Origin: the human T2T-CHM13v2.0 reference genome, Homo sapiens
NCBI RefSeq assembly: GCF_009914755.1
Contig: NC_060928.1
Length of the DNA stretch: 64,000 nucleotides
Direction: 5' to 3' (one strand)
Positions 52,815-64,000 of the stretch are shown in pieces. Made by a program: the position numbers and the translations under genes. Each line of letters opens with the position of its first letter. Position 1 is the stretch's first letter. The notes beneath the pieces were generated by a model that was given only the letters and a program-made list of their open reading frames with translations, was not told the DNA's origin and did not search any database.

Positions 52815-53010
52815 ACAGTTATTCGATACTCACTGTTCGTACATGCCAGTAACTCTTTTAAGCACTTTGTATGTATTAGTTCAATTAATTTCAGTATATA
52901 ATTAACCACTTTTGTAGATGAGACAGATTAAATAACTTGTCCCATATTTCCTCACTAGAACATTGATTAGGAGCCAGGCAGTCATAGTCGTATAGCCTGA
53001 ACTCCAACAA
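52815..53010 (-). mobile_element. MIR SINE
   Basis: taagcactttgtatgtatt..ttttgtagatgaga..aaataacttgtcc..ccaggcagtc. Confidence 0.7.
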
Positions 53011-54125
53011 AAACCCTAAACTGTCAGATGTTAAACTACATTGAGAACCCAGTTGACGTTTCTACCCTAGGGTTGTTTCCATTTATTTATTACACAAAGG
53101 TTATTCTTATTGACTGGTATATTTAATTCATTGAATTTAGCCTTGAAATAATATCTCTTTTGGGGACTATTCTGTCAGCACTGAAAGTTACCCTAGGGAT
53201 AACATGAAGTTTTGAAATTAAGTGTGATGTGTCATCTCTTTTCTTTTTATTCATCTTTCCTTGTTCTTTAAGTTACAAGCATTCAAAGAGGCAATAGAGA
53301 TATGTGTGGAATGATGGCTGGAGTTCCCTACATTAGATGATTATACATTTCCTATTGGCTGGCACTTGGCTATGGACTATATGTATACATAAATTTAAAA
53401 AGCCTGAAATATTAATTTTTAGAGCTTGCTAAGATAACGGGCCCAGTGCCCCTTACTTTCTGCTAGTACATGCCCTGTCACTTAACGTGTATCAATACAA
53501 TAGTTTATCTTCTCTGTGTTTATACATGGGTTGTTTAGGATAATTAAAAAAATCAATAAACTGCTGAGACTAGAACTCTGAGACTGGAGCTAACAGTATT
53601 CCTGCAGAATCTCCCCACTGCACAGCAATCCTCTTACATTTTCCTAGTCAGCTCTTCCTCTCATTCTCCATAGCATCTATTTGATCTTTCTTAAAAATAT
53701 CTAGTCCTTTTCTTTCCCACCACTTTGTGCAGATGGCCATGCCTACTATTTCACAGGAAAACTAGATACTGTGATGCTATACCTGCTCACATAAAAACAC
53801 TAAAAATGCCCTCTACATTCCTCTCTTTTCCTTGTCCCTCCTATTATGCTATCAAAGCTTAACAATTCTGTCTGTGCCCTGAATGCTGCCTCATTCCACT
53901 TCCTCAAAGTCCCAACTCTTGTAGTTATCTTTTTTATCCTCTAGACTTTCAAACCTTTGTATCATTTAGGATGGGACAGACTATGCTGAAATAACAAACC
54001 TCAAACTATCTTGAAATCATGAGCAATATTGCTATATCCACACTATTACTGCCCATTCAATTCTCAAAATTAGTTTGTTTCTGAAAGTAACCACCAATAA
54101 CTTAACTTTAAAAAAAAATTCTAGA

Positions 54126-54426
54126 GACCGGGAGCGTTGGCTCATGCCTGTAATCCCAGCACTTTGGGAGGCTGAGGCAGGTGGATTACCTAAGGTCAGG
54201 AGTTTGAGACCAGCCTGGCCAACATGGTGAAACTCTGTCTCTACTAAAAAATACAAAAATTAGCTGGGAGTGGTGGCACACGCCTGTAATCCCAGCTACT
54301 TGGGAGGCTGAGGCAGGAGAATTGTTTGCACCTGGGCGATAAGGTTGCAGTGAGCCGAGATCGTGCCATTGCCCTCCAGCGTGGCTAACAGAGTGAGACT
54401 CTGTCTCAAAAAAAAAAACAAAAAAA
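54126..54426 (+). mobile_element. AluS, full length
   Basis: Dimeric Alu with poly-A; TSD aaaaaattctaga/aaaaaatttaga. Confidence 0.97.
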
Positions 54427-54713
54427 TTTAGAGATAATTTTCTCAGTCCTCTCTTACTCATCTATTCAGCCTTATTTGCAAATTCTATGCATCTCCCTTG
54501 AAACACTCTTTCTCTTGTTTTTTCCTGATATACACACATATTTTTCCTGGCATTTTAATTCTAGACTTAACTTTTTAATATAATCCTAAACATCGGTATT
54601 TGTGAGAGTTTTAAGTATTTTTTTCTTCTCTTTTAAATAGATTGTCTTTTCTTCAACGCAAGGCCAATTTGCTAAAGAGAGTTTATATATTCTATCTTCC
54701 AGTTTAATATATA

Positions 54714-55217
54714 CACATTGTCCTTGCTTTGCTCAGTTCTGATATATGTAAATTTCAGTAACTATTGTTTCGTTAAATAATACCAAACCCCCAACAACAA
54801 AATTCAAAATTCAAATTCAAAACTGAGAGTAATTATGTGAAGTAAATCTTTGCTGCTAGCTCTTTAGTCCACAAATTAATACATTAAATAATAGATATGC
54901 ATCACGATCCGTTACCAGCCCCATCACTGTCTTCAAAGTCTGTTGGTGGTTGGTCACCGGTCATTTGTTATTCAATTCACAAACAGTCAGCAAAGCCTGC
55001 AGTTATGTTGCTTCCTTGTCTCCCAGTTATGAATCCATGTGATATATTTTTAAATGGATAAGTGAAAGAGAGTTGGCCAAGAAAGATGAAAGAGCAACAA
55101 GGAAATAGAAAGTGATAATGCCGGAAGTGAAATTCAAATAGAACATAAAATGGATTCATAGAAGAAGTAGCTGGCCCTGAAAACATTGGCATTGGCACTG
55201 TCCAAGAGAATCTAGAT
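54714..55217 (+). mobile_element. MER82-like (TcMar-Tigger) fragment
   Basis: aaatggataagtgaaagagagttggccaagaaagatgaaagagcaacaaggaaatagaaagtgataatgccggaagtgaaattc. Confidence 0.7.
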
Positions 55218-56859
55218 CTTTCTCTGCTGAGATATTCTTTTTTATTATTCACTACAAGCGTATTTCCCTGATGCCACTGGGCTTGGTTATAACAGCTGCT
55301 TTATAATCCTTTTCGCTTCATTTTGACACCAGGATATTTCATGATCAGGCTCCACTAATTGTTCTATCTACTGATCATGGGTCATATTTCTTTTGTTCTT
55401 CATTTCAACTAATTTTGCATAATATCATTGATATTGTGAATTTTGTATTGTTGATTCTGTTATATTCTCCCAAGGAGTGTTGACTTTTTTGTTTGTTTAA
55501 CTGGCAATTAAGTTTGTTTGGTGTAAACCGCAAACTTTTGTATGTAACCCAAAAAAAATTTTCAATGTGGTATATTTTACATTTTCAGACTTCTTGATAT
55601 TTGTTCTTCAGCCTAGAAAGTAAAGAAAAATGACAGAAGCTGAGAAGCTTTTTAAAGAGGAAGTCTTAAAAGTATAATGAGAAAAATAACATTCTTTGAT
55701 GTCCAGCAGACAAATGGTGAGGGTAGAAAACTAGGTTATATATTTGTGTATTTTGCCAGAAGCATTGGCTATATTAGCAGCTGTCACCATGGGGAGATTC
55801 CCACCATTATGTAGCTTCTCTAGTAGGGGACAGTCAGGAATGAGTTATGGAGAGAAAGCAGGAATCTACAAAGGACAGTTCATAACAGTGCAGCTGCAAA
55901 AATTTTCCAAGAGGAACACATGAGACCTGAGAAGTAAAAACAGCCTCTGGAGACTCCCAGTCAAAAGTGCAGAAGAAAAGGGGAGTGGGGAATCTGCCTG
56001 AGCAGATGGGCAAAATGTTTAAACTAAGGTTAAGAAGATTAACCAATAGCATAAGGTTAACATGCAATTGTCAGTACCTATAAAGGGATAAACCTCAGGA
56101 CAACTCATTATATTAAAATGACTTGATTGCCTCTAATGTTAACATATTTTATTCCAGTGTAATTTCATTAAGATGAAGTTAATTTATATGCTTACTTTCG
56201 CTGTGAGAAAGACAACTTCAGGGCAAAAAAAAAATTTACTTTGCATTTAAATGATAAAAATATTGCAATCCATATAAATTTGATTAAACGAACAAACAAA
56301 AATGTTAGTCCTATGGAAAACATATGCTTATGAAATAGTAATTTCATCAATTATAGTGTGCAACATACTTTGAAAGAAACACAAAAACAAGGTCCCTGGG
56401 ATGCCTGGTTTTCTATAACAATGGCGCAATGGAAATGAGAATAAAATGGAGACTAAAAATAGCATATTAATAATCATTGCACTTTCTGGATCACGCTATG
56501 AAAGACATTTTGTGTATCAATAACCAACAATTTAAATACTTACAAAATAAATTTTAGACTGATATTAAAGGTATTTATCTGGAAAGATTTTTCTCAACTA
56601 TTCTAATATTTCTGTTTGTTCTTATTTTTTTCTCAGTTTTACTCTTTTGTAATATGCAAAGAACTTTGTTTTTTTATGCCACTTTTATGCTTTTTACTTT
56701 TTGCTTCCTTTTTCCTAAGACTTCATTTTTCATAGCATATGTTCCTTTTTTAAACATCATGTAACAGAGTTACCCTCTTTCAGATGCTCCAAAATAAATA
56801 CTTGTGAGAAAAACAATTTGCTTACTGGTTCAATTTCTACCATGCCATTAATGATGACT

Positions 56860-57060
56860 AATAATTATAAAAATAATAACTGACTATTGATGGTCTAATA
56901 TGTTATTTGAATACATCATTTTGATTAATTCTTACGATGACGCTTCAACATGAAAACAGTATCTTCAATTTACAGCTGATAAAATTGATACTTAAAGAGG
57001 CTAACTGATTTTTCAAGGTTAGGTGACAAACTGGAAGAGCCAGGATTCCAACTACAATTC
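56860..57060 (-). mobile_element. MIR SINE
   Basis: caatttacagctgataaaattgatacttaaagaggctaactgatttttcaagg..gagccaggattc. Confidence 0.7.
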
Positions 57061-58045
57061 CCATTGTTTCTTTGCATGCATTGCTTTCACACTTTGATCA
57101 TAATTATTTGTTATTATCTTAGAATAATTAAACTATTAATGTCATATATCTATTGATGACTTGCAACTGCACAATATAATTCTGTACAAGACAATTATAA
57201 TACCTACAATATCATTTGTCTTAATTGGTTGAGTGTTATTACATATTATATTGCTGATACAACAATAATTTTCATTGTTTATACAATCATTTATAAAGAA
57301 CTTAACTAAATAGTTCACAATGGCATTATTAAAAGTTCTGAGGGATGAAAGGAAAATTGAAGCCTAATGTCTAATTGTTTTTTTATTTTAGATTGCTAAT
57401 CACAGCCATCTCATAATTTTACATGATGTTGATGATTGCATGAGTTGGGAACATTTTCTATTTGGTTTATTGATCCCTATGAATCAGAACTTTGACACTC
57501 ACAATAGCAAGGAAAGTGGTTTACTTAAAATGGCGTTATTCTTTGCATGGAGTTTGCTCTTTTTCAAAGGCAGCATTTTACCTTTTCTTTGAAATCATCT
57601 TATTGCTGAGTGTTTTAACATTCAGTGGGCAACAAGCTATCAATTATATTAAGAAAAAATTCTACATGCTGATCTAATGCAGTCATTGAGAATATTTTAA
57701 AACATATTTAAAATTAGAAATTTTAAGCTGAATCTGAAAGACTGTTCATTGTGAACCTTAGCATAAATAATTTACAGACATTTGTAATCCACTGCTAGAG
57801 GAATTCAACAGTACAGACCTGTGATTATATCCTAAATATCTTAGTCCGTTTAGGCAAAATGACAGAGCATCTGAAATGATTTAAAGGCTTTTTTATGATT
57901 AACAAAACTATAATTGCCTACATTAGAACTATTTCATTAAATAAACACATTGATTACTTATGGTATGCCTGGCCCTTTGCTACAGGTGTACTTTGTATAA
58001 CTTGATAGTAGCAAGGAGTAATTATAAAGTGTCACAGGTGTAAGT

Positions 58046-58530
58046 GTGGTGGATGAAAGACGGCCGCAAATACATTAGCACTCTTCTCATTGAGATGTGA
58101 AGTTTTTGTATCCTCTCCTTGACTCTGGTCTAGCCCGTGAGTACTTCCACAAATAAAATGCAGTGGAAAATGAGGTTATGCCATTTCCAAGTTTAGCTTT
58201 AAAGAGGACTGGCAGTTGACAGATTCTTTCTCTTGGATTACTCAACTCCAGTTAAGAAATATAACTATTGTACTGTAAAAAGCCAAGACTGACCTCTTGG
58301 AAAGCCACTTGAAAAGGTCATGTGTAGAAAGCAAGGGGTATTCAGCCACCTTCCAGCTGCTCCAGTCCTCAGCCATTCAATTAATAGCACTGATACCCTG
58401 AACATTTTAGGTAAAGACACATTTTCTCCAGTATGCCCTATTCCAACTCTTAATCCCAAAACAATGAAGTATAATAATAACAAATTTTGCTTTAAGCCCT
58501 ATGAGTTTTGGTAAACTCTGCTACTAATTG
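58046..58530 (+). mobile_element. MLT1H/G-like LTR
   Basis: tgtggtggatgaaagacggccgcaaat..ttaaagaggactggcag..ttgctttaagccctatgagttttgg. Confidence 0.8.
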
Positions 58531-58669
58531 AATTTGTGATATTGGAAATTTTATTTAAACTATTTACACCTGCAATTGTAAGTAAATAAAATGATAGTGC
58601 CTATCACATTGTTATGACTAATGAGATACTGACCTTGATGTTTCTAAACTGTATATGGCACATAAAAAT

Positions 58670-59151
58670 AAGCCTTTAACTCCATAACTTGTATTTCCAG
58701 CCTAGACTTCTCTTATGAGACCCAGACATAATCATATATCCAATTGCTCATTAAGCAAGTCTACTTAAACGTTTTATAGCACTTCAAACTTGTATATTCA
58801 AACTTTTCATATTCCCTCACAAGCTGCTCCCTTTTCTGTGTTCCCTATTTTGGCATATGGCATCCCGTCTATTTAGTTTCACAAGCGAAATCCTCAGTTA
58901 TCTTTGATGGTTTCTTTTTATTATCTGGAAAAATCTGCTTTTTTTAAAAAAAATATACAAAACAACTCAAAAATGTTTTCACTTCTTCTCCCACTGCTGC
59001 CACCTTCCTTAACTCATCTCTCTCTTTCTTTCTGTCTTTCTCTGACTATTCTGATAGCCAACTCATGTCACTCAGACTTCTGCTCACTGATTACATCAAC
59101 TTTTGGCACTGCTCCAAGTTTTTACCTTGTTCTATCCGAGCAATCTTTAAC

Positions 59152-59185
<34 letters not shown>

Positions 59186-59600
59186 TAATTATTGTGATGC
59201 ATAAAACTATTCAATGAATTCAATAGAAAACAATTTAAAATTTGAAACACAGTGTTACAGACTCTCCAAAATCTGGCTTTTGGCACCTTTCCAGACTGAT
59301 AATGAGTCACCGTCTTTGTTGGTCATTACCTTTCAGCCACACAACACTTTGGCCTATTTTAAAAATATGTCCCGCCCTTTCTCATCATCAGGGCTTTGCA
59401 AAGCTTGTTTCCTTCTGCGCACACTCTCACTGAGTTAACTAGCAATTATTTTGGCTTTTGTACAATCATTTCTTCCTCAGGAGAATGCTCTCTGACAAAC
59501 TCGGCTTTGATTAAAATCTCTGAAATGTAATCTCTTTATACAGTATCTTCTTCATAAAGTTCATATAATTCAAATGGATTCCTTTTGTGTGTGTGTTTTT
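58670..59600 (+). mobile_element. L2 LINE 3' region
   Basis: tttccagcctagacttctc..atatccaattgctc..cacttcaaactt..catcagggctttgcaaagcttgtttcct. Confidence 0.75.
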
Positions 59601-60583
59601 ATTATTACCATTCGTATTATTTAAGGCCATGGCACAGAGAGGGTTAAAAGTGGAAACCAGCAATTAAAGGTAGGGAAAACTGATAAGATATGATACAAGC
59701 TTGAATATTGGAAGAGGCCAGACTTTATTAAAAGATGGTCACATTTCTCAGCACTGTGAGCTATGGATCATATGCATTTATTTACTCACATGTATACACA
59801 CATGTGCGTGTGCATATATGAATACATAATGATATATAACCACAGCTATACTTTTTCATCTTTTAAAGGTTTTATTTATAGGATTAGAATACGGGTTACA
59901 AATGTTAAATAAATAGAACAGTTACTAGTTTCCACAAACATTTGTTTAGTGTATAAATATTCCAGGAAAATTTCTGGAAATACAGGAAATAGTATTATCT
60001 AACATAAGGCAAAGTGTTCTCTACCTACTCTTTGTTGAAGATTTTCACCAAATACTAGTAAAGTTTTAAATGCAAAGATATCTTCAATTTTGAAAGGTAT
60101 GGCCTTTCAGCCATGATTACAAGCAGGCCCTTATTTCATTTTCTGTTCCATTTAAATGTTCGCTTTAAATGTCACAAGTTTATGGCATGCATATTAAATA
60201 GAGAAATATAACTATTCTCTGTAGACATGAGAGTAAGCTTTAAAGAGATTTGTTAGTCTACTTTAAACCAGAATCACAACCTCTGTATTAGGAAACAGTG
60301 TAAGGAAGGAAAAAGATGAAGATGAAAGTTGAGCTTCCCACTTAGCTCTTAGGAGTTTGGTTAAGATCTCTAGGATCTTAACCAAAACATTCAGATTCTC
60401 CATGCACAAAATTAAGAGGTAAGAAAAGGTCAATTCTTAGTCTCACCCAATTTTAACATTCTACCATATTTTAGTTACTCAGTCGCCTAAAATTCCTTCT
60501 GGGCACTTCCTATTAATACAAAGTCACTATTGATAAAATGGTCATATATTGACTATTGTTATCCATTGAACATTAAAATAATA

Positions 60584-60622
60584 TTAGGTTGGTGCAAAAG
60601 TAATTGTGGTTGTTGCCATTAC
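60584..60622 (+). mobile_element. Half MADE1 (Hsmar1 MITE, one TIR)
   Basis: TA|ttaggttggtgcaaaagtaattgtggttgttgccattac; the reverse arm is absent. Confidence 0.9.
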
Positions 60623-62029
60623 GAATGCCCTTATAAATACATGGCACTTTAAAGAGAAATTGAAAAATGCGTACTATCATTTGTTTATATTTTTGGTGTT
60701 ATATTTCCAGCATGTAGTGAGAAGCATTAAGAAAACAGAATTCTAGCTTACCCCGAGAATGTCAATTTTATCTTCAGATATATGCCTTTCACATAGAGAA
60801 AAATCAACAGACTTAGGGAAACAAAAATGAAAGTAACATCAGGCCACCAAAGTTCTATAATGATTATATTGTACTACTATTCAACAAATTGTATTCTAAT
60901 ATATGCCTGTAAATGCTGAGAAGTGTCACAATTGTATAACACTGGGAAAGAGATGATTTTAATTTTGCTTTTTTCATTGTAATTGATTTATTAGACTCTC
61001 TAGAGTTATTAATCCTTTGTAATAGAGTTTAAACAATTGTAACCTCAGACACTTGCCTTTGAAATTGTGATAATTTCAAATAATAAGGCATACCCAGAAA
61101 ACTTTGTTTGCATGACTTAAAATATCTATTTGAGCTACAGAATTACATAAGCCTTCTTCTTTTCTATAAAGTATCAAGATCTACAAAATTATATTTCAAT
61201 TACTTTTTCTATACAATATATTTCAGTGGGTGCACATAGATAGTTATTGGATGAAAAAAATGTAAAACCCATGTCAAGTATGCCAGCCTGTGCTGTGTAT
61301 CACCAACTGTAATTTAAATGTGGCTATTTTATTCTTATATAATTTTGGCTTTTCATTGTTCATGATATATACTAATTAGCTGACATTTTACCTTCATTTA
61401 ATATATTCTTTTTGATATCATACAAAAACTTTCAGTGTTTGATTAGAATATGCTTGAAACAATGTTTAATCTGCCATACTTTCTTTCATCTTCACTGTAA
61501 TACAGTAGAGCACTGTGCGCCTAAGAGACAAGCTTATATAAGGCCAGCTTTGGCTTTGTACAGTGGAGCAGGTGGGTCTGAATTCTATTCTAATGCAAAA
61601 GGAGCTCCACAAAATTTGTCCATATTTACGTGGAAAAATATAACCTGTTAATTGCAGTGTTTGAGAATTTATATATTTAAAAATCAATATAAAATTTCCC
61701 TAAAGTCTTCTCAGTTTTTGCTAATTTAATTTAAAAACAATATCATAAACATTATAAGTCAGGTTCTGACATTTTGAGATTTTTTTAAAGGGTCAAATGC
61801 CTGATTTAAAAATAATTTCATGTTCAACATAGTATTAAATGCTTTCCAAACACTCCATACATACTTTGGTATTTATAGAAAAAGGGCTATTATGTGAGAT
61901 GCAAAACTACTGTTCCTTTTTAGGCATGTGAACTGATATTTCATGTTTTCTTTAATAGAAAATATCTCCATATTTATAGGCAGTTCATAAACCAAGTGTA
62001 GGTCATTTGGAAATTCACATTAAAGTTTA

Positions 62030-63198
62030 ATTATTGCACACTGTACAATAGAACTAAAAAAAAAAAAGAAAAAAGAAAAACTAAACAAATTCCTCCCATG
62101 TAACTGAGATATGGTACACTTTGACCATCTTGTCCTCATTCCCCTGGTCACGCCTCTGTCTCTGTAATCACTATTGTACTCTCTGCTTCTATGAGTTTGA
62201 TTGTTTTAGATTGTTTAGATGTAAGTGAGAACTTGTGCTGTCTGTCTTATTGTGCCAGCTTATCTCATTTAGTATAATGTTCTGCAATACCATCCATGTC
62301 TTGCAAATGGCATAATTTTCTTCTTTTTTAAGGCAGAATACTATTTCATAGTGTATATATACCACATTTTTATAATCATTTCATTCATTGATGGACATTT
62401 GATTCCATAATTGATTGAGTTGATTTCAATCAATTGAATTGATTGATTGCATAATTGAGTTGATTCCACAACTTGGCTGTTGTGGATGACGTTGCAATAA
62501 ACATGGGATTGCAGATATTTCTTTGATATATTGATTTTAAATCTTTTGGGCACGTACCCAGAAGTGAGCTTGTTAAATCATATGGTAATTCAAATTTTAG
62601 TTTATTATTATTATACTTTAAGTTCTGGGGTACATGTGCACAACGTACAGGTTTGTTACATAGGTATACATGTGTCATGTTGGTTTGCTGCACCCATCAA
62701 CTCGTCATTAACATTAGGTATTTCTGAGGAAATTCCATATAGTTTCCCGTGAGATCTGTACTAGTTTACATTTTCACTAGTTGTATACAAGTGTTCCCTT
62801 TTCCCAGCATTTCACTGACCCTTGTTATCTTTTGTCTTTTTTATAAAACCCAGTCTGACAGGTGTGAGATGATCTCTCTTCATGGTTTTAATTTACATTT
62901 TTCAAATGATCAACCATGTTGAGCATTTTAAAAATAGATCTGCTGGCCATTTGGATATCTTCTTCTGAGGAATGTCTATTCAGGCCCCTTGTCATATTAA
63001 AATTGTGTTTCTTGTTTCTTTGCTGTTGAGTTATGTGAGTTTCTTATATATCTTGTATGATTACCCCTTATCAAATGTATGGCTAAAATATTTTCTCCCA
63101 ATCTTTAGATTGTCTCTTTACTCTGTTAATTATTTTCTTTGCAGTGCAGAAGCTTTTCGGTTTGATGTAATTTCCTTTGTCTATTTTTGCTTTTATTG
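62030..63198 (-). mobile_element. L1MA (older, ~MA5-8) 3' portion
   Basis: ctctctgcttctatgagttt..gtaagtgagaac..gatggacattt..gtgcagaagcttttcggtttgatgtaa. Confidence 0.88.
62601..62725 (-). mobile_element. Short L1PA (PA4-6-like) 3' end inserted in L1MA
   Basis: ttattattattatactttaagttctggggtacatgtgcacaacgtacaggtttgttacataggtatacatgtg..cacccatcaactcgtcattaacattaggtatttct. Confidence 0.93.
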
Positions 63199-64000
63199 CA
63201 ACCCCGACCATCTACTTTGTGTTATGTATTTACTTTGTCAAACATGACATCTAATCATGCCATTTTTTCAGAGACATTGAGACGTCAAGGGGATGAGGTT
63301 CTATATTCTGAGATTTTCTTTGAGAAAACTCCCATTCATTCTTATGAAATAAAGGAGAAAATGATTGGTTATTGAAACAAACTAACCTGCTGAAAATGAA
63401 CGTCTGTTTTCCTTTGAAACTTGCGCTCACTTCCTTTAATTGACCCAATTGCTGCCACTTTGGCCTCCGGACGCTCCCCGCAGCTCTGTATTGATTCCCT
63501 GGGAAGGTTGCATTGAGGCAGCGGCTCTCAAACCTAATTTTTCCATTCAGTTTTACTTTCTATTAGTTGAAACAGACAACACCATCTCCTCACTAAAGAT
63601 ATATGCTACGGAAGTATACAAACAGGTTCTGGAGCCTAGGGCATTCATTAAAATAGAAATACCGTAAACATTTATTATATCAGAAATGGGAGACTGCACA
63701 CCACTGACCAAACAACAGATGTGTCAAAATGATGCATTAGTTGAATTTTGCCGTGCTTTCCTCTTCCTTTTCCACCTGAGAACAAAGCAATGTACCAGTT
63801 AGAAAAAGTAAAATAAAATAAAATCAGCGACTGAGTTGCAGAGTAAATGATATCAAAACTCTCTGCAGATTTAATAAAAGTAAATTACTAGAGGTCATTA
63901 CTTTTCATGTTTATTGATTTTTGCAGTCAATATCATTATTAACTAGTGGAGAAAAAGATTTATCATGAAGTTCCAAAATACAGAGTTAAAGGAAGGAGAA

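Overview
This is AT-rich primate (human-like) genomic DNA from a gene desert or large intron. I see no host protein-coding exon, tRNA, rRNA or CRISPR array, and almost all supplied ORFs are spurious or decayed transposon frames. Much of the window is transposable elements. (1) A minus-strand HERV-H provirus (2410-6435) keeps its 3' LTR7 and decayed gag/pro/pol but has lost its 5' LTR. (2) A nested L1 cluster (29.1-38.5 kb) contains an L1MA with a twin-priming inversion that hosts a 5'-intact, 3'-truncated L1PB flanked by a degenerate TSD. (3) A four-level nest, MIR>Charlie5>Tigger1>AluJ, spans 42.7-45.8 kb. The rest includes seven Alus, THE1/MLT LTRs and MER30/MER47/MER58/MER82/MADE1 DNA elements. 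Signals in non-repeat DNA are a perfect 22-bp hairpin (48041-48094), a strong CTCF motif (50556-50572) and a few candidate conserved enhancers. Subfamily names come from my recall of consensus sequences and need RepeatMasker/Dfam confirmation. I find no convincing new multi-gene biological system; the unusual items concern retrotransposition and repair mechanisms and possible non-coding elements.
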